DNA from: Malacoraja senta
Lineage: Eukaryota
Length of the DNA stretch: 55,072 bases
Direction: 5' to 3'
NCBI GenBank assembly: GCA_038087875.1
Contig: JAXLNO010000337.1
Coordinates: forward strand, 62,001-117,072
Shown piece by piece: positions 22,272 through 37,400 of this stretch; the stretch's first letter is position 1; each line of letters opens with the position of its first letter. A model generated the notes under the pieces. It worked only from the letters and a program-made list of their open reading frames with translations. It was not told the origin of the DNA and searched no databases. Position numbers and translations under genes: made by a program.

Positions 22272-22475
22272 TCTGTATTTAACAACACAAAATCGCACAT
22301 CTTATCGCATTTCCGTATAAAATCCGGAAAATCCGTACTATTTGGCAGCTCTGCAAGGACTAAAGCAGGCCTCTGAATATACAATTTTTCAACAAAACAG
22401 GCAAACCAATTAAGGTACCCTAAGTGGTGACGCCAATGCCATCACAACCGTTTGAATGCATACAGATTGATCGAG

Positions 22476-25400
22476 TCGCTAAACCCCAATGCCAGCTGCT
22501 AAACCCCAGCGCCAGCAGCTGAACCTCAACGCCAGCCGCTGAACCTCAACGCCAGCCGCTAAACCGCAACGCCAGCCGCTAAATCCCAACGCCAGCTGCT
22601 CAACCCCAACGCCAGCCGCTCAACCCCAACGCCACCCGCTAAACCCCCAACGCCAGCCGCTAAACCCCAAAGCCAGCCGTTAAACCTCAATGCCAGCCGC
22701 TGATCCCCAACGCCAGCCGCGAAAGCTCAACGCCAGTCACTAAACCCCAACGACAGCCGCAAATCCCAACGGCAGCCGCAAATCCCAACGCCAGCCGCTA
22801 AACCACAAAACCGGCCGCTAAACCTCAACGCCGGCCGCTAAACCACAATGCCGGCCGCTAAACCCCAACGCCAGCCGCTATACCGCAATGCCAGCCGCTG
22901 CACCCCAACGCCAGCCGCTAAACACCAACGCCAGCCGTTAAACACCAATGGCAGCCGTTCAACACCAACGGCAGCCGTTAAACACCAACGGCACCGCTAA
23001 ACCCCAACGGCAGCCGCTAAACCCCAACGCCAGCCGCTATACCGCAATGCCAGCCGCTGCACCCCAACGCCAGCCGCTAAGCACCAACGCCAGCCGTTAA
23101 ACACCAACGGCAGTTGCTAAACCCCAACGCCATGCGCTGCGCCCCAACGCCATCCGCGAAACCTCAAAGCAAGCCGCTAAACCCCAACGCCAGCTGCTAA
23201 ACCCCAATGCCAGCCGCTAAACCGCAACTCCAGCCGCTAAATCCCAACGCCAGCCGCAAAACCCCAACGCCAGCTGCTGAACCCCAACGCCAGCCGCTAA
23301 ACCTCAAAGACAGCCGCTAAATCCCAACGCCAGCCGCTAATCCCCAATGCCAGCCGTTGCACCACAACGCCAGGCAGCCTCGAAAACCAAACGGCAGCCG
23401 CTCAACCCCAACGTCAGCCGGTCAACCACATCTCCAGCCGCTCAACCCCAACACCAGCCGCTCAACCCCAACGGCAGCCGCTAAACCACAACGGCAGCCG
23501 CAAAACCCCAACGTCAGCCTCGAAACCCCAACGGCCGCCGCGAAACCCCAACGGCAGCCGCTCAACCCCAACGGCAGCCTCGAAACCCCATCGCCAGCCG
23601 CTAAACCACCGCCAGCCGCTAAACCCCAACGCCAGCCGCTAAACACCAACGGCAGCCATTAAACACCAACGCTAGCCGCTAAACCCCAAAGCCAGCCGCT
23701 ATACCCCAAAGCAGTTGCTAAGCCGCAAGCCCATCCGCTACACCCCAACGCCATCCGCTGCACCCCAACGCAAGCCGCTGCACCCCAACGCCAACCCCGA
23801 AAACCCAACGGCAGCCGCTCAGCCCCAACGCCAGCCGCTGCACCACAACGCCAGCCTCAAAAACCCAACGCCAGCTGCTGCACCCCAATGCCAGGCAGCC
23901 TCGAAACCCCAATGGCAGCCGCTCAACCCCAACGGCAGCCGCTCAACCACGGCCAGTCGCTCAACCCCAACGCCAGCCGCTCAACCCCAACGGCAGCCGC
24001 TCAGCTCCAACGGCAGCCGCTCAACCCCAACGGCAGCCGCTCAACCCCAACGGCAGCCGCTCAACCCCAACGGCAGCCTCTCAACCCCAACGGCAGCCTC
24101 GAAAACCCCATCGCCAGCCGCTAACCCCCCATCGCCAGCCACTAAACCCAATCGCCAGCCGCGAAACCGCAACGCCAGCCGCTCAACCCAACGGCAGCCG
24201 CTAAATCCTGCCAGCCGCTAAACCTCAACGCCGGCCGATAAACCTCAATGCCGGCCGCTAAATCCCAACGCCAGCCGCTCAACCCCAACGGCAGCCTCGA
24301 AACCCCAACGGCAGCCTCGAAACCCCAACGCCATCCTCGGAACCCCAACGCCAGCCTCGGAACCCCAACGCCAGCCTCGGAACCCCAACGCCAGCCTCTG
24401 AACCCCAACGCCAGCCTCTGAACCCCAACGCCAGCCGCGAAGCCCCAACGCCAGCCGCGAAGCCCCAACGCCAGCCGCTAACCCCTAAAGCCAGCCGCTA
24501 ACCCTCAACGCCAGCCGCTCAACCCCAATGCTAGCCGCTCAACCCCAACGCCTGCAGGTAAACCCCAACGGCAGCCGCTAAACCCCAACGGCAGCCTCGA
24601 AACACGAACGGCAGCCTCGAAACCCCAACGGCAGCTTCGAAACCACAACGGCAGACTCGAAACCCCAACGGGAGCCTCGAAACCCCAACGGCAGCCTCGA
24701 AACCCCAACGGCAGCCTCGAACCCCTAACGGCAGCCTCGAAACGCCAACGCCAGCCTCGAAACCCCAACTCCAGCCACGAAACCCCAACGCCAGCCTCGA
24801 AACCCCAACGGCAGCCTGGAATCCCCAACGCCAGCCTTGAAACCGCAACGCCAGCCTCCATACCCCAACCTCGATACACCAACTCAGCCTCGAAACCCCA
24901 ACGCCAGCTTCGAAACCACAACGCCAGCCACAGAACCCCAATGCCAGCCACGGAGCCCCAACGGCAGCCTCGGAACCCCAACGCCAGCCGCTGAACTCCA
25001 ACGCCAGCCTCTGAACCCCAACGCCAGTCTCTGAACCCCAACGCCAGCCTCTGAACCACAACGTCAACCGCAAAAACGCCAACGCCAGCCGCGAAACACC
25101 AGCCGCGAAACCCCAACACCAGCCGCTAAGCCCCAACGCCAGCCGCTAATACCCAACGCCAGCCGCTAATCCCCAACGCCAGCCGCTAACCCCCAACGCC
25201 AGCCGCTAACCCCAAACGCCAGCAGCACAACCCCAACACCAGCCGCTCAACCCCAACGCCAGCCGCGCAACCCGAACGCCTGCAGCTAAACCGGAACGGC
25301 AGCCGCTAAACCCCAATGTCACTAGAAACCCCAACGCCAGCCTCGAAACCCCAATGGCAGCCTCGAAACCCCAACGCCAGCCTCGAAACCCCAACGCCAG

Positions 25401-28400
25401 CCACGAAACCCCAACGCCAGCCACGAAACCCCAACGCCAGCCTCGAAACCCTAACGCCAACCGCGAAAACCCCAACGCCACCCGCTACCCCCCAACGCCA
25501 GCCGCTAATCCTCAACGCCAGCCGCTCAACCCCCAACGCCAGCCACAACCCAAATGCCTGCAGGTAAACCCCAACGGCAGCTGCTAAACCCCAACGGCAA
25601 CATCGAAACCCCAACGGCAGCCTCGAAACCCCAACGCCAGCCTCGTAACCCCAACGCCAGCCTCGAAACCCCAGCGCCAGCCTCGGAACCCCAACGCCAG
25701 CCTCTGAACCCCAACGCCAGCCGCGAAGCCCCAACGTCAGCCGCGAAGCCCCAACGCCAGCCCCTAACCCCTAAATCCAGCCGCTAACCCCCAACGCCAG
25801 CCGCACAACCCCAACGACAGCCGCACAAACCCAACGCCTGCAGGTAAACTCCAGCGGCAGCAGCTAAACCCCAACGGCAGCCTCGAAACCCCAACGCCAG
25901 CCTCTGAACCCCAACTCCAGCCTCGTAACCCGAACGCCAGCCTCGAAACCACAACGCCAACCCCGAAACGCCAACGCCAGCCGCTAAACGCCAACGCCAG
26001 CCGCGAAGCCCCATCGCCAGAGGCGAAGCCCCATCGACAGCCGCTAAACCCCAATGCCAGCCGCTCAACCCCCAACGCCAGTTCGTCAACCCCAACGCCT
26101 GCAGGTAAACCCCAACGCCTGCAGATAAACCCCAACGGCAGCCTCGAAACCCCGACGGCAGCCTCGAAACCCCGACGGCAGCCGCGAAACCCCGACGGCA
26201 GCCTCGAAACCCCGACGGCAGCCTCGAAACCCCGACGGCAGCCTCGAAACCCCGACGGCAGCCTCGAAACCCCGACGGCAGCCTCGAAACCCCGACTGCA
26301 GCCTCGAAACGCCAACGGCAGCCTCGAAACCCCAACGGCAGTCTCGAAACCCCAACGCCAGCCGCTAAACGCCAACCGCTAACCCCCAACGCCAGCCGCT
26401 CAACACCCAACGCCAGTCATTCAACCCGAATGCCTGCAGGTAAACCTCAACGCCTGCAACTAACCCCCAGCACAAGCCGCTCAACCCCCAGCGCCAGCCT
26501 CTCAACCCCCAACGCCAGCCATTCAACCCGAACGCCTGCAGGTAAACCCGAACACCTGCAGGTAAACCACAACACCTGCAGGTAAACTCCAACACCTGCA
26601 GCTAATCACCAACGGCAGCCGCGAAACCCCAACGGCAGCCTCAAAACCCAAACGGCAGCCTCGAAACCACAACGGCAGCCTCGAAACCACAACGGCAGCC
26701 TCGGAACCCCAACGCCAGCCTCTGAACTCCAACGCCAGCCTCTGAACCCCAGCCTCTGAACCCCAACCTCTGAACCCCAACGCCAGTCTCTACCCCAACG
26801 CCATCCTCCAAACCCCAACGCCAGCCTCTAAACCCCAACGCCAGCCTCTGAACCCCAACTCCAGCCTCGTAACCCCAACGCTAGCCTCGAAACCCCAACG
26901 GCAGCCCCGAAATGCCAACGCCAGCCGCTAAACGCCAGCCGCGAAGTCCCATCGCCAGACGCGAAGCCCCATCGCCAGCCTCTAAACCCCAATGCCAGCC
27001 GCTCAACCCCCAACGCCAGTTCGTCAACCCCAACGCCTGCAGGTAAACCCCAACGCCTGCAGATAAACACCAACGGCAGCCTCGAAATCCCGACGGCAGC
27101 CTCGAAACCCCGACGGCAGCCTCGAAACCCCGACTGCAGCCTCGAAACCCCGACGGCAGCCTCGAAACCCCGACGGGAGCCTCGAAACCCCGACGGCAGC
27201 CTCGAAACCCCGACTGCAGCCTCGAAACACCAACGGCAGCCTCGAAACCCCAACGACAGTCTCGAAACCCCAACGCCAGCCGCTAAACGCCAACCGCTAA
27301 CCCCCAACGCCAGCCGCTCAACCCCCAACGCCAGCCATTCAACCCGAATGCCTGCAGGTAAACCCCAACGCCTGCAGCTAACCCCCAACGGCAGCCGCGA
27401 AACCCCAACGGCAGCCTCAAAACCCCAACGGCAGCCTCGGGACTCCAAAGCCAGCCTCGGAACCCCAATGCCAGCCTCTGAACCCCAACGGCAGCCTCGA
27501 AACCCCAACGGCAGCCTCGAATCCCCAACGCCAGCCTCGAAACCCCAACGCCAGCCACGGAACCCCAACGCTAGCCTCGGGACTCCAACGCCAACCTCTG
27601 AACCCCAACGCCAGTCTCTACCCCAACGCCAGCCTCCAAACCCCAACGCCAGCCTCTAAACCCCAACGCCAGCCTCTGAACCCCAACTCCAGCCTCGTAA
27701 CCCCAACGCTAGCCTCGAAACCCCAACGGCAGCCCCGAAATGCCAACGCCAGCCGCTAAACGCCAGCCGCGAAGTCCCATCGCCAGACGCGAAGCCCCAT
27801 CGCCAGCCGCTAAACCCCAATGCCAGCCGCTCAACCCCCAACGCCAGTTCGTCAACCCCAACGCCTGCAGGTAAACCCCAACGCCTGCAGATAAACCCCA
27901 ACGGCAGCCCCGAAACGCCAACGGCAGCCTCGAAACCCCAACGGCAGTCTCGAAACCCCAACGCCAGCCGCTAAACGCCAACCGCCAGCCGCGAAGTCCC
28001 ATCGCCAGACACGAAGCCCCATCGCCAGCCGCTAAACCCCAATGCCAGCCGCTCAACCCCCAACGCCAGTAATCAACCCCAACGGCTGCAGGTAAACCCC
28101 AACGCCTGCAGATAAACCCCAACGGCAGCCTCGAAACGCCAACGGCAGCCTCGAAACCCCAACGCCAGCCGCTAAACGCCAACCGCTAACCCCCAACGCC
28201 AGCCGCTCAACCCCCAACGCCAGCCATTCAACCCGAATGCCTGCAGGTAAACCCCAACGCCTGCAGCTAACCCCCAGCACCAGCCGCTCAACCCCCAGCG
28301 CCAGCCTCTCAACCCCCAACGCCAGCCATTCAACCCTAACGCCTGCAGGTAAACCTGAACACCTGCAGGTAAACCCCAACACCTGCAGGTAAAGCCCAAC

Positions 28401-31400
28401 ACCTGCAGCTAAACCCCAACGGCAGCCGCGAAACCCCAACGGCAGCCTCAAAACCCAAACGGCAGCCTCGAAACCACAACGGCAGCCTCGAAACCACAAC
28501 GGCAGCCTCGGGACTCCAACGGCAGCCTCGAAATCCCAACGATAGCCTCGGAACCCCAACGCCAGCCTCTGAACTCCACCGCCAGCCTCTGAACCCCAGC
28601 CTCTGAACCCCAACCTCTGAACCCCAACGCCAGTCTCTACCCCAACGCCATCCTCCAAACCCCAACGCCAGCCTCTAAACCCCAACGCCAGCCTCTGAAC
28701 CCCAACTCCAGCCTCGTAACCCCAACGCTAGCCTCGAAACCCCAACGGCAGCCCCGAAATGCGAACGCCAGCAGCTAAACGCCAGCCGCGAAGTCCCATC
28801 GCCAGACGCGAAGCCCCATCGCCAGCCGCTAAACCCCAATGCCAGCCGCTCAACCCCCAACGCCAGTTCGTCAACCCCAACGCCTGCAGGTAAACCCCAA
28901 CGCCTGCAGATAAACCCCAACGGCAGCCTCGAAACCCCGACGGCAGCCTCGAAACCCCGACGGCAGCCTCGAAACCCCGACTGCAGCCTCGAAACCCCGA
29001 CTGCAGCCTCGAAACACCAACGGCAGCCTCGAAACCCCAACGACAGTCTCGAAACCCCAACGCCAGCCGCTAAACGCCAACCGCTAACCCCAACGCCAGC
29101 CGCTCAACCCCCAACGCCAGCCATTCAACCCGAATGCCTGCAGGTAAACCTCAACGCCTGCAACTAACCCCCAGCACAAGCCGCTCAACCCCCAGCGCCA
29201 GCCTCTCAACCTCAACGCCAGCCATTCAACCCGAACGCCTGCAGGTAAACCCGAACACCTGCAGGTAAACCCCAACACCTGCAGGTAAACTCCAACACCT
29301 GCAGCTAAACCCCAACGGCAGCCGCGAAACCCCAACGGCAGCCTCAAAACCCAAACGGCAGCCTCGAAACCACAACGGCAGCCTCGAAACCACAACGGCA
29401 GCCTCGGAACCCCAACGCCAGCCTCTGAACTCCAACGCCAGCCTCTGAACCCCAGCCTCTGAACCCCAACCTCTGAACCCCAACGCCAGTCTCTACCCCA
29501 ACGCCATCCTCCAAACCCCAACGCCAGCCTCTAAACCCCAACGCCAGCCTCTGAACCCCAACTCCAGCCTCGTAACCCCAACGGTAGCCTCGAAACCCCA
29601 ACGGCAGCCCCGAAATGCCAACGCCAGCCGCTAAACGCCAGCCGCGAAGTCCCATCGCCAGACGCGAAGCCCCATCGCCAGCCGCTAAACCCCAATGCCA
29701 GCCGCTCAACCCCCAACGCCAGTTCGTCAACCCCAACGCCTGCAGGTAAACCCCAACGCCTGCAGATAAACCCCAACGGCAGCCTCGAAACCCCGACGGC
29801 AGCCTCGAAACCCCGACGGCAGCCTCGAAACCCCGACTGCAGCCTCGAAACCCCGACGGCAGCCTCGAAACCCCGACGGGAGCCTCGAAACCCCGACGGC
29901 AGCCTCGAAACCCCGACTGCAGCCTCGAAACACCAACGGCAGCCTCGAAACCCCAACGACAGTCTCGAAACCCCAACTCCAGCCCGTAAACGCCAACCGC
30001 TAACCCCCAACGACAGCCGCTCAACCCCCAACGCCAGCCATTCAACCCGAATGCCTCCAGGTAAACCCCAACGCCTGCAGCTAACCCCCAACGGCAGCCG
30101 CGAAACCCCAACGGCAGCCTCAAAACCCCAACGGCAGCCTCGGGACACCAAAGCCAGCCTCGGAACCCCAATGCCAGCCTCTGAACCCCAACGGCAGCCT
30201 CGAAACCCCAACGGCAGCCTCGAATCCCCAACGCCAGCCTCGAAACCCCAACACCAGCCACGGAACCCCAACGCTAGCCTCGGGACTCCAACGCCAACCT
30301 CTGAACCCCAACGCCAGTCTCTACCACAACGCCAGCCTCCAAACCCCAACGCCAGCCTCTAAACCCCAACGCCAGCCTCTGAACCCCAACTCCAGCCTCG
30401 TAACCCCAACGCTAGCCTCGAAACCCCAACGGCAGCCCCGAAATGCCAAAGCCAGCCGCTAAACGCCAGCCGCGAAGTCCCATCGCCAGACGCGAAGCCC
30501 CATCGCCAGCCGCTAAACCCCAATGCCAGCCGCTCAACCCCCAACGCCAGTTCGTCAACCCCAACGCCTGCAGGTAAACCCCAACGCCTGCAGATAAACC
30601 CCAACGGCAGCCTCGAAACGCCAACGGCAGCCTCGAAACCCCAACGGCAGTCTCGAAACCCCAACGCCAGCCGCTAAACGCCAACCGCCAGCCGCGAAGT
30701 CCCATCGCCAGACACGAAGCCCCATCGCCAGCCGCTAAACCCCAATGCCAGCCGCTCAACCCCCAACGCCAGTTCGTCAACCCCAACGCCTGCAGGTAAA
30801 CCCCAACGCCTGCAGATAAACCCCAACGGCAGCCTCGAAACGCCAACGGCAGCCTCGAAACCGCAACGCCAGCCGCTAAACGCCAACCGCTAACCCCCAA
30901 CGCCAGCCGCTCAACCCCCAACGCCAGCCATTCAACCCGAAAGCCTGCAGGTAAACCCCAACGCCTGCAGCTAACCCCCAGCACCAGCCGCTCAACCCCC
31001 AGCGCCAGCCTCTCAACCCCCAACGCCAGCCATTCAACCCTAACGCCTGCAGGTAAACCTGAACACCTGCAGGTAAACCCCAACACCTGCAGGTAGACCC
31101 CAACACCTGCAGCTAAACCCCAACGGCAGCCGCGAAACTCCAACGGCAGCCTCAAAACCCAAACGGCAGCCTCGAAACCACAACGGCAGCCTCGAAACCA
31201 CAACGGCAGCCTCGGGACTCCAACGGCAGCCTCGAAATCCCAACGATAGCCTCGGAACCCCAACGCCAGCCTCTGAACTCCAACGCCAGCCTCTGAACCC
31301 CAGCCTCTGAACCCCAACCTCTGAACCCCAACGCCAGTCTCTACCCCAACGCCATCCTCCAAACCCCAACGCCAGCCTCTAAACCCCAACGCCAGCCTCT

Positions 31401-34400
31401 GAACCCCAACTCCAGCCTCGTAACCCCAACGCTAGCCTCGAAACCCCAACGGCAGCCCCGAAATGCCAACGCCAGCAGCTAAACGCCAGCCGCGAAGTCC
31501 CATCGCCAGACGCGAAGCCCCATCGCCAGCCGCTAAACCCCAATGCCAGCCGCTCAACCCCCAACGCCAGTTCGCCAACCCCCAACGCCAGCCATTCAAC
31601 CCGAATGCCTGCAGGTAAACCTCAACGCCTGCAACTAACCCCCAGCACAAGCCGCTCAACCCCCAGCGCCAGCCTCTCAACCCTCAACGCCAGCCATTCA
31701 ACCCGAACGCCTGCAGGTAAACCCGAACACCTGCAGGTAAACCCCAACACCTGCAGGTAAACTCCAACACCTGCAGCTAAACCCCAACGGCAGCCGCGAA
31801 ACCCCAACGGCAGCCTCAAAACCCAAACGGCAGCCTCGAAACCACAACGGCAGCCTCGAAACCACAACGGCAGCCTCGGAACCCCAACGCCAGCCTCTGA
31901 ACTCCAACGCCAGCCTCTGAACCCCAGCCTCTGAACCCCAACCTCTGAACCCCAACGCCAGTCTCTACCCCAACGCCATCCTCCAAACCCCAACGCCAGC
32001 CTCTAAACCCCAACGCCAGCCTCTGAACCCCAACTCCAGCCTCGTAACCCCAACGCTAGCCTCGAAACCCCAACGGCAGCCCCGAAATGCCAACGCCAGC
32101 CGCTAAACGCCAGCCGCGAAGTCCCATCGCCAGACGCGAAGCCCCATCGCCAGCCGCTAAACCCCAATGCCAGCCGCTCAACCCCCAACGCCAGTTCGTC
32201 AACCCCAACGCCTGCAGGTAAACCCCAACGCCTGCAGATAAACCCCAACGGCAGCCTCGAAACCCCGATGGCAGCCTCGAAACCCCGACGGCAGCCTCGA
32301 AACCCCGACTGCAGCCTCGAAACCCCGACGGCAGCCTCGAAACCCCGACGGGAGCCTCGAAACCCCGACGGCAGCCTCGAAACCCCGACTGCAGCCTCGA
32401 AACACCAACGGCAGCCTCGAAACCCCAACGACAGTCTCGAAACCCCAACTCCAGCCCGTAAACGCCAACCGCTAACCCCCAACGCCAGCCGCTCAACCCC
32501 CAACGCCAGCCATTCAACCCGAATGCCTGCAGGTAAACCCCAACGCCTGCAGCTAACCCCCAACGGCAGCCGCGAAACCCCAACGGCAGCCTCAAAACCA
32601 CAACGGCAGCCTCGGGACACCAAAGCCAGCCTCGGAACCCCAATGCCAGCCTCTGAACCCCAACGGCAGCCTCGAAACCCCAACGGCAGCCTCGAATCCC
32701 CAACGCCAGCCTCGAAACCCCAACGCCAGCCACGGAACCCCAACGCTAGCCTCGGGACTCCAACGCCAACTTCTGAACCCCAACGCCAGTCTCTACCCCA
32801 ACGCCAGCCTCCAAACGCCAACGCCAGCCTCTAAACCCCAACGCCAGCCTCTGAACCCCAACTCCAGCCTCGTAACCCCAACGCTAGCCTCGAAACCCCA
32901 ACGGCAGCCCCGAAATGCCAAAGCCAGCCGCTAAACGCCAGCCGCGAAGTCCCATCGCCAGACGCGAAGCCCCATCGCCAGCCGCTAAACCCCAATGCCA
33001 GCCGCTCAACCCCCAACGACAGTTCGTCAACCCCAACGCCTGCAGGTAAACCCCAACGCCTGCAGATAAACCCCAACGGCAGCCTCGAAACGCCAACGGC
33101 AGCCTCGAAACCCCAACGGCAGTCTCGAAACCCCAACGCCAGCCGCTAAACGCCAACCGCCAGCCGCGAAGTCCCATCGCCAGACACGAAGCCCCATCGC
33201 CAGCCGCTAAACCCCAATGCCAGCCGCTCAACCCCCAACGCCAGTTCGTCAACCCCAACGCCTGCAGGTAAACCCCAACGCCTGCAGATAAACCCCAACG
33301 GCAGCCTCGAAACGCCAACGGCAGCCTCGAAACCGCAACGCCAGCCGCTAAACGCCAACCGCTAACACCCAACGCCAGCCGCTCAACCCCCAACGCCAGC
33401 CATTCAACCCGAATGCCTGCAGGTAAACCCCAACGCCTGCAGCTAACCCCCAGCACCAGCCGCTCAACCCCCAGCGCCAGCCTCTCAACCCCCAACGCCA
33501 GCCATTCAACCCTAACGCCTGCAGGTAAACCTGAACACCTGCAGGTAAACCCCAACACCTGCAGGTAGACCCCAACACCTGCAGCTAAACCCCAACGGCA
33601 GCCGCGAAACTCCAACGGCAGCCTCAAAACCCAAACGGCAGCCGCGAAACCACAACGGCAGCCTCGAAACCACAACGGCAGCCTCGGGACTCCAACGGCA
33701 GCCTCGAAATCCCAACGATAGCCTCGGAACCCCAACGCCAGCCTCTGAACTCCAACGCCAGCCTCTGAACCCCAGCCTCTGAACCCCAACCTCTGAACCC
33801 CAACGCCAGTCTCTACCCCAACGCCATCCTCCAAACCCCAACGCCAGCCTCTAAACCCCAACGCCAGCCTCTGAACCCCAACTCCAGCCTCGTAACCCCA
33901 ACGCTAGCCTCGAAACCCCAACGGCAGCCCCGAAATGCCAACGCCAGCAGCTAAACGCCAGCCGCGAAGTCCCATCGCCAGACGCGAAGCCCCATCGCCA
34001 GCCGCTAAACCCCAATGCCAGCCGCTCAACCCCCAACGCCAGTTCGCCAACCCCAACGCCTGCAGGTAAACCCCAACGCCTGCAGATAAACCCCAACGGC
34101 AGCCTCGAAACCCGACGGCAGCCTCGAAACCCCGACGGCAGCCTCGAAACCCCGACTGCAGCCTCGAAACCCCGACTGCAGCCTCGAAACACCAACGGCA
34201 GCCTCGAAACCCCAACGACAGTCTCGAAACCCCAACGCCAGCCGCTAAACGCCAACCGCTAACCCCCAACGCCAGCCGCTCAGCCCCCAACGCCAGGCAT
34301 TCAACCCGAATGCCTGCAGGTAAACCCCAACGCCTGCAGCTAACCCCCAACTGCAGCCGCGAAACCCCAACGGCAGCCTCAAAACCCCAACGGCAGCCTC

Positions 34401-37400
34401 GGGACTCCAAAGCCAGCCTCGGAACCCCAATGCCAGCCTCTGAACCCCAACGGCAGCCTCAAAACCCCAACGGCAGCCTCGAATCCCCAACGCCAGCCTC
34501 GAAACCTCAACGCCAGCCACGGAACCCCAACGCTAGCCTCGGGACTCCAACGCCAACCTCTGAACCCCAACGCCAGTCTCTACCCCAACGCCAGCCTCCA
34601 AACCCCAACGCCAGCCTCTAAACCCCAACGCCAGCCTCTGAACCCCAACTCCAGCCTCGTAACCCCAACGCTAGCCTCGAAACCCCAACGGCAGCCCCGA
34701 AATGCCAACGCCAGCCGCTATACGCCAGCCGCGAAGTCCCATCGCCAGACGCGAAGCCCCATCGCCAGCCGCTAAACCCCAATGCCAGCCGCTCAACCCC
34801 CAACGCCAGTTCGTCAACCCCAACGCCTGCAGGTAAACCCCAACGCCTGCAGATAAACCCCAACGGCAGCCTCGAAACGCCAACGGCAGCCTCGAAACCC
34901 CAACGGCAGTCTCGAAACCCCAACGCCAGCCGCTAAACGCCAACCGCCAGCCGCGAAGTCCCATCGCCAGACACGAAGCCCCATCGCCAGCCGCTAAACC
35001 CCAATGCCAGCCGCTCAACCCCCAACGCCAGTTCGTCAACCCCAACGCCTGCAGGTAAACCCCAACGCCTGCAGATAAACCCCAACGGCAGCCTCGAAAC
35101 GCCAACGGCAGCCTCGAAACCGCAACGCCAGCCGCTAAACGCCAACCGCTAACCCCCAACGCCAGCCGCTCAACCCCCAACGCCAGCCATTCAACCCGAA
35201 TGCCTGCAGGTAAACCCCAACGCCTGCAGCTAACCCCCAGCACCAGCCGCTCAACCCCCAGCGCCAGCCTCTCAACCCCCAACGCCAGCCATTCAACCCT
35301 AACGCCTGCAGGTAAACCTGAACACCTGCAGGTAAACCCCAACACCTGCAGGTAGACCCCAACACCTGCAGCTAAACCCCAACGGCAGCCGCGAAACTCC
35401 AACGGCAGCCTCAAAACCCAAACGGCAGCCTCGAAACCACAACGGCAGCCTCGAAACCACAACGGCAGCCTCGGGACTCCAACGGCAGCCTCGAAATCCC
35501 AACGATAGCCTCGGAACCCCAACGCCAGCCTCTGAACTCCAACGCCAGCCTCTGAACCCCAGCCTCTGAACCCCAACCTCTGAACCCCAACGCCAGTCTC
35601 TACCCCAACGCCAACCTCCAAACCCCCAACGCCAGCCTCTAAACCCCAACGCCAGCCTCTGAACCCCAACTCCAGCCTCGTAACCCCAACGCTAGCCTCG
35701 AAACCCCAACGGCAGCCCCGAAATGCCAACGCCAGCAGCTAAACGCCAGCCGCGAAGTCCCATCGCCAGACGCGAAGCCCCATCGCCAGCCGCTAAACCC
35801 CAATGCCAGCCGCTCAACCCCCAACGCCAGTTCGTCAACCCCAACGCCTGCAGGTAAACCCCAACGCCTGCAGATAAACCCCAACGGCAGCCTCGAAACC
35901 CCGACGGCAGCCTCGAAACCCCGACGGCAGCCTCGAAACCCCGACTGCAGCCTCGAAACACCAACGGCAGCCTCGAAACGCCAACGGCAGCCTCGAAACC
36001 CCAACGCCAGCCGCTAAACGCCAACCGCTAACCCCCAACGCCAGCCGCTCAACCCCCAACGCCAGACGCGAAGCCCCATCGCCAGCCGCTAAACCCCAAT
36101 GCCAGCCGCTCAACCCCCAACGCCAGTTCGTCAACCCCAACGCCTGCAGGTAAACCCCAACGCCTGCAGATAAACCCCAACGGCAGCCTCGAAACGCCAA
36201 CGGCAGCCTCGAAACCCCAACGGCAGTCTCGAAACCCCAACGCCAGCCGCTAAACGCCAACCGCCAGCCGCGAAGTCCCATCGCCAGACACGAAGCCCCA
36301 TCGCCAGCCGCTAAACCCCAATGCCAGCCGCTCAACCCCCAACGCCAGTTCGTCAACCCCAACGCCTGCAGGTAAACCCCAACGCCTGCAGATAAACCCC
36401 AACGGCAGCCTCGAAACGCCAACTGCAGCCTCGAAACCGCAACGCCAGCCGCTAAACGCCAACCGCTAACCCCCAACGCCAGCCGCTCAACCCCCAACGC
36501 CAGCCATTCAACCCGAATGCCTGCAGGTAAACCCCAACGCCTGCAGCTAACCCCCAGCACCAGCCGCTCAACCCCCAGCGCCAGCCTCTCAACCCCCAAC
36601 GCCAGCCATTCAACCCTAACGCCTGCAGGTAAACCTGATGACCTGCAGGTAAACCCCAACACCTGCAGGTAGACCCCAACACCTGCAGCTAAACCCCAAC
36701 GGCAGCCGCGAAACTCCAACGGCAGCCTCAAAACCCAAACGGCAGCCTCGAAACCACAACGGCAGCCTCGAAACCACAACGGCAGCCTCGGGACTCCAAC
36801 GGCAGCCTCGAAATCCCAACGATAGCCTCGGAACCCCAACGCCAGCCTCTGAACTCCTACGCCAGCCTCTGAACCCCAGCCTCTGAACCCCAACCTCTGA
36901 ACCCCAACGCCAGTCTCTACCCCAACGCCAACCTCCAAACCCCAACGCCAGCCTCTAAACCCCAACGCCAGCCTCTGAACCCCAACTCCAGCCTCGTAAC
37001 CCCAACGCTAGCCTCGAAACCCCAACGGCAGCCCCGAAATGCCAACGCCAGCAGCTAAACGCCAGCCGCGAAGTCCCATCGCCAGACGCGAAGCCCCATC
37101 GCCAGCCGCTAAACCCCAATGCCAGCCGCTCAACCCCCAACGCCAGTTCGTCAACCCCAACGCCTGCAGGTAAACCCCAACGCCTGCAGATAAACCCCAA
37201 CGGCAGCCTCGAAACCCCGACGGCAGCCTCGAAACCCCGACGGCAGCCTCGAAACCCCGACTGCAGCCTCGAAACCCCGACTGCAGCCTCGAAACACCAA
37301 CGGCAGCCTCGAAACCCCAACGACAGTCTCGAAACCCCAACGCCAGCCGCTAAACGCCAACCGCTAACCCCCAACGCCAGCCGCTCAGCCCCCAACGCCA

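Larger units (their letters stand above)
20750..29179 (+). repeat. Tandem segmental duplication, copy 2 (~8,430 bp; lacks one 858-bp HOR unit)
   Basis: Offset is ~9,289-9,291 up to ~26.8 kb (e.g. ORFs 16475 and 25764), then 8,431 (ORFs 18397/26828 and 20244/28675). ccagcacaag at 20741-20750 corresponds to 29171-29180. Confidence 0.93.
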
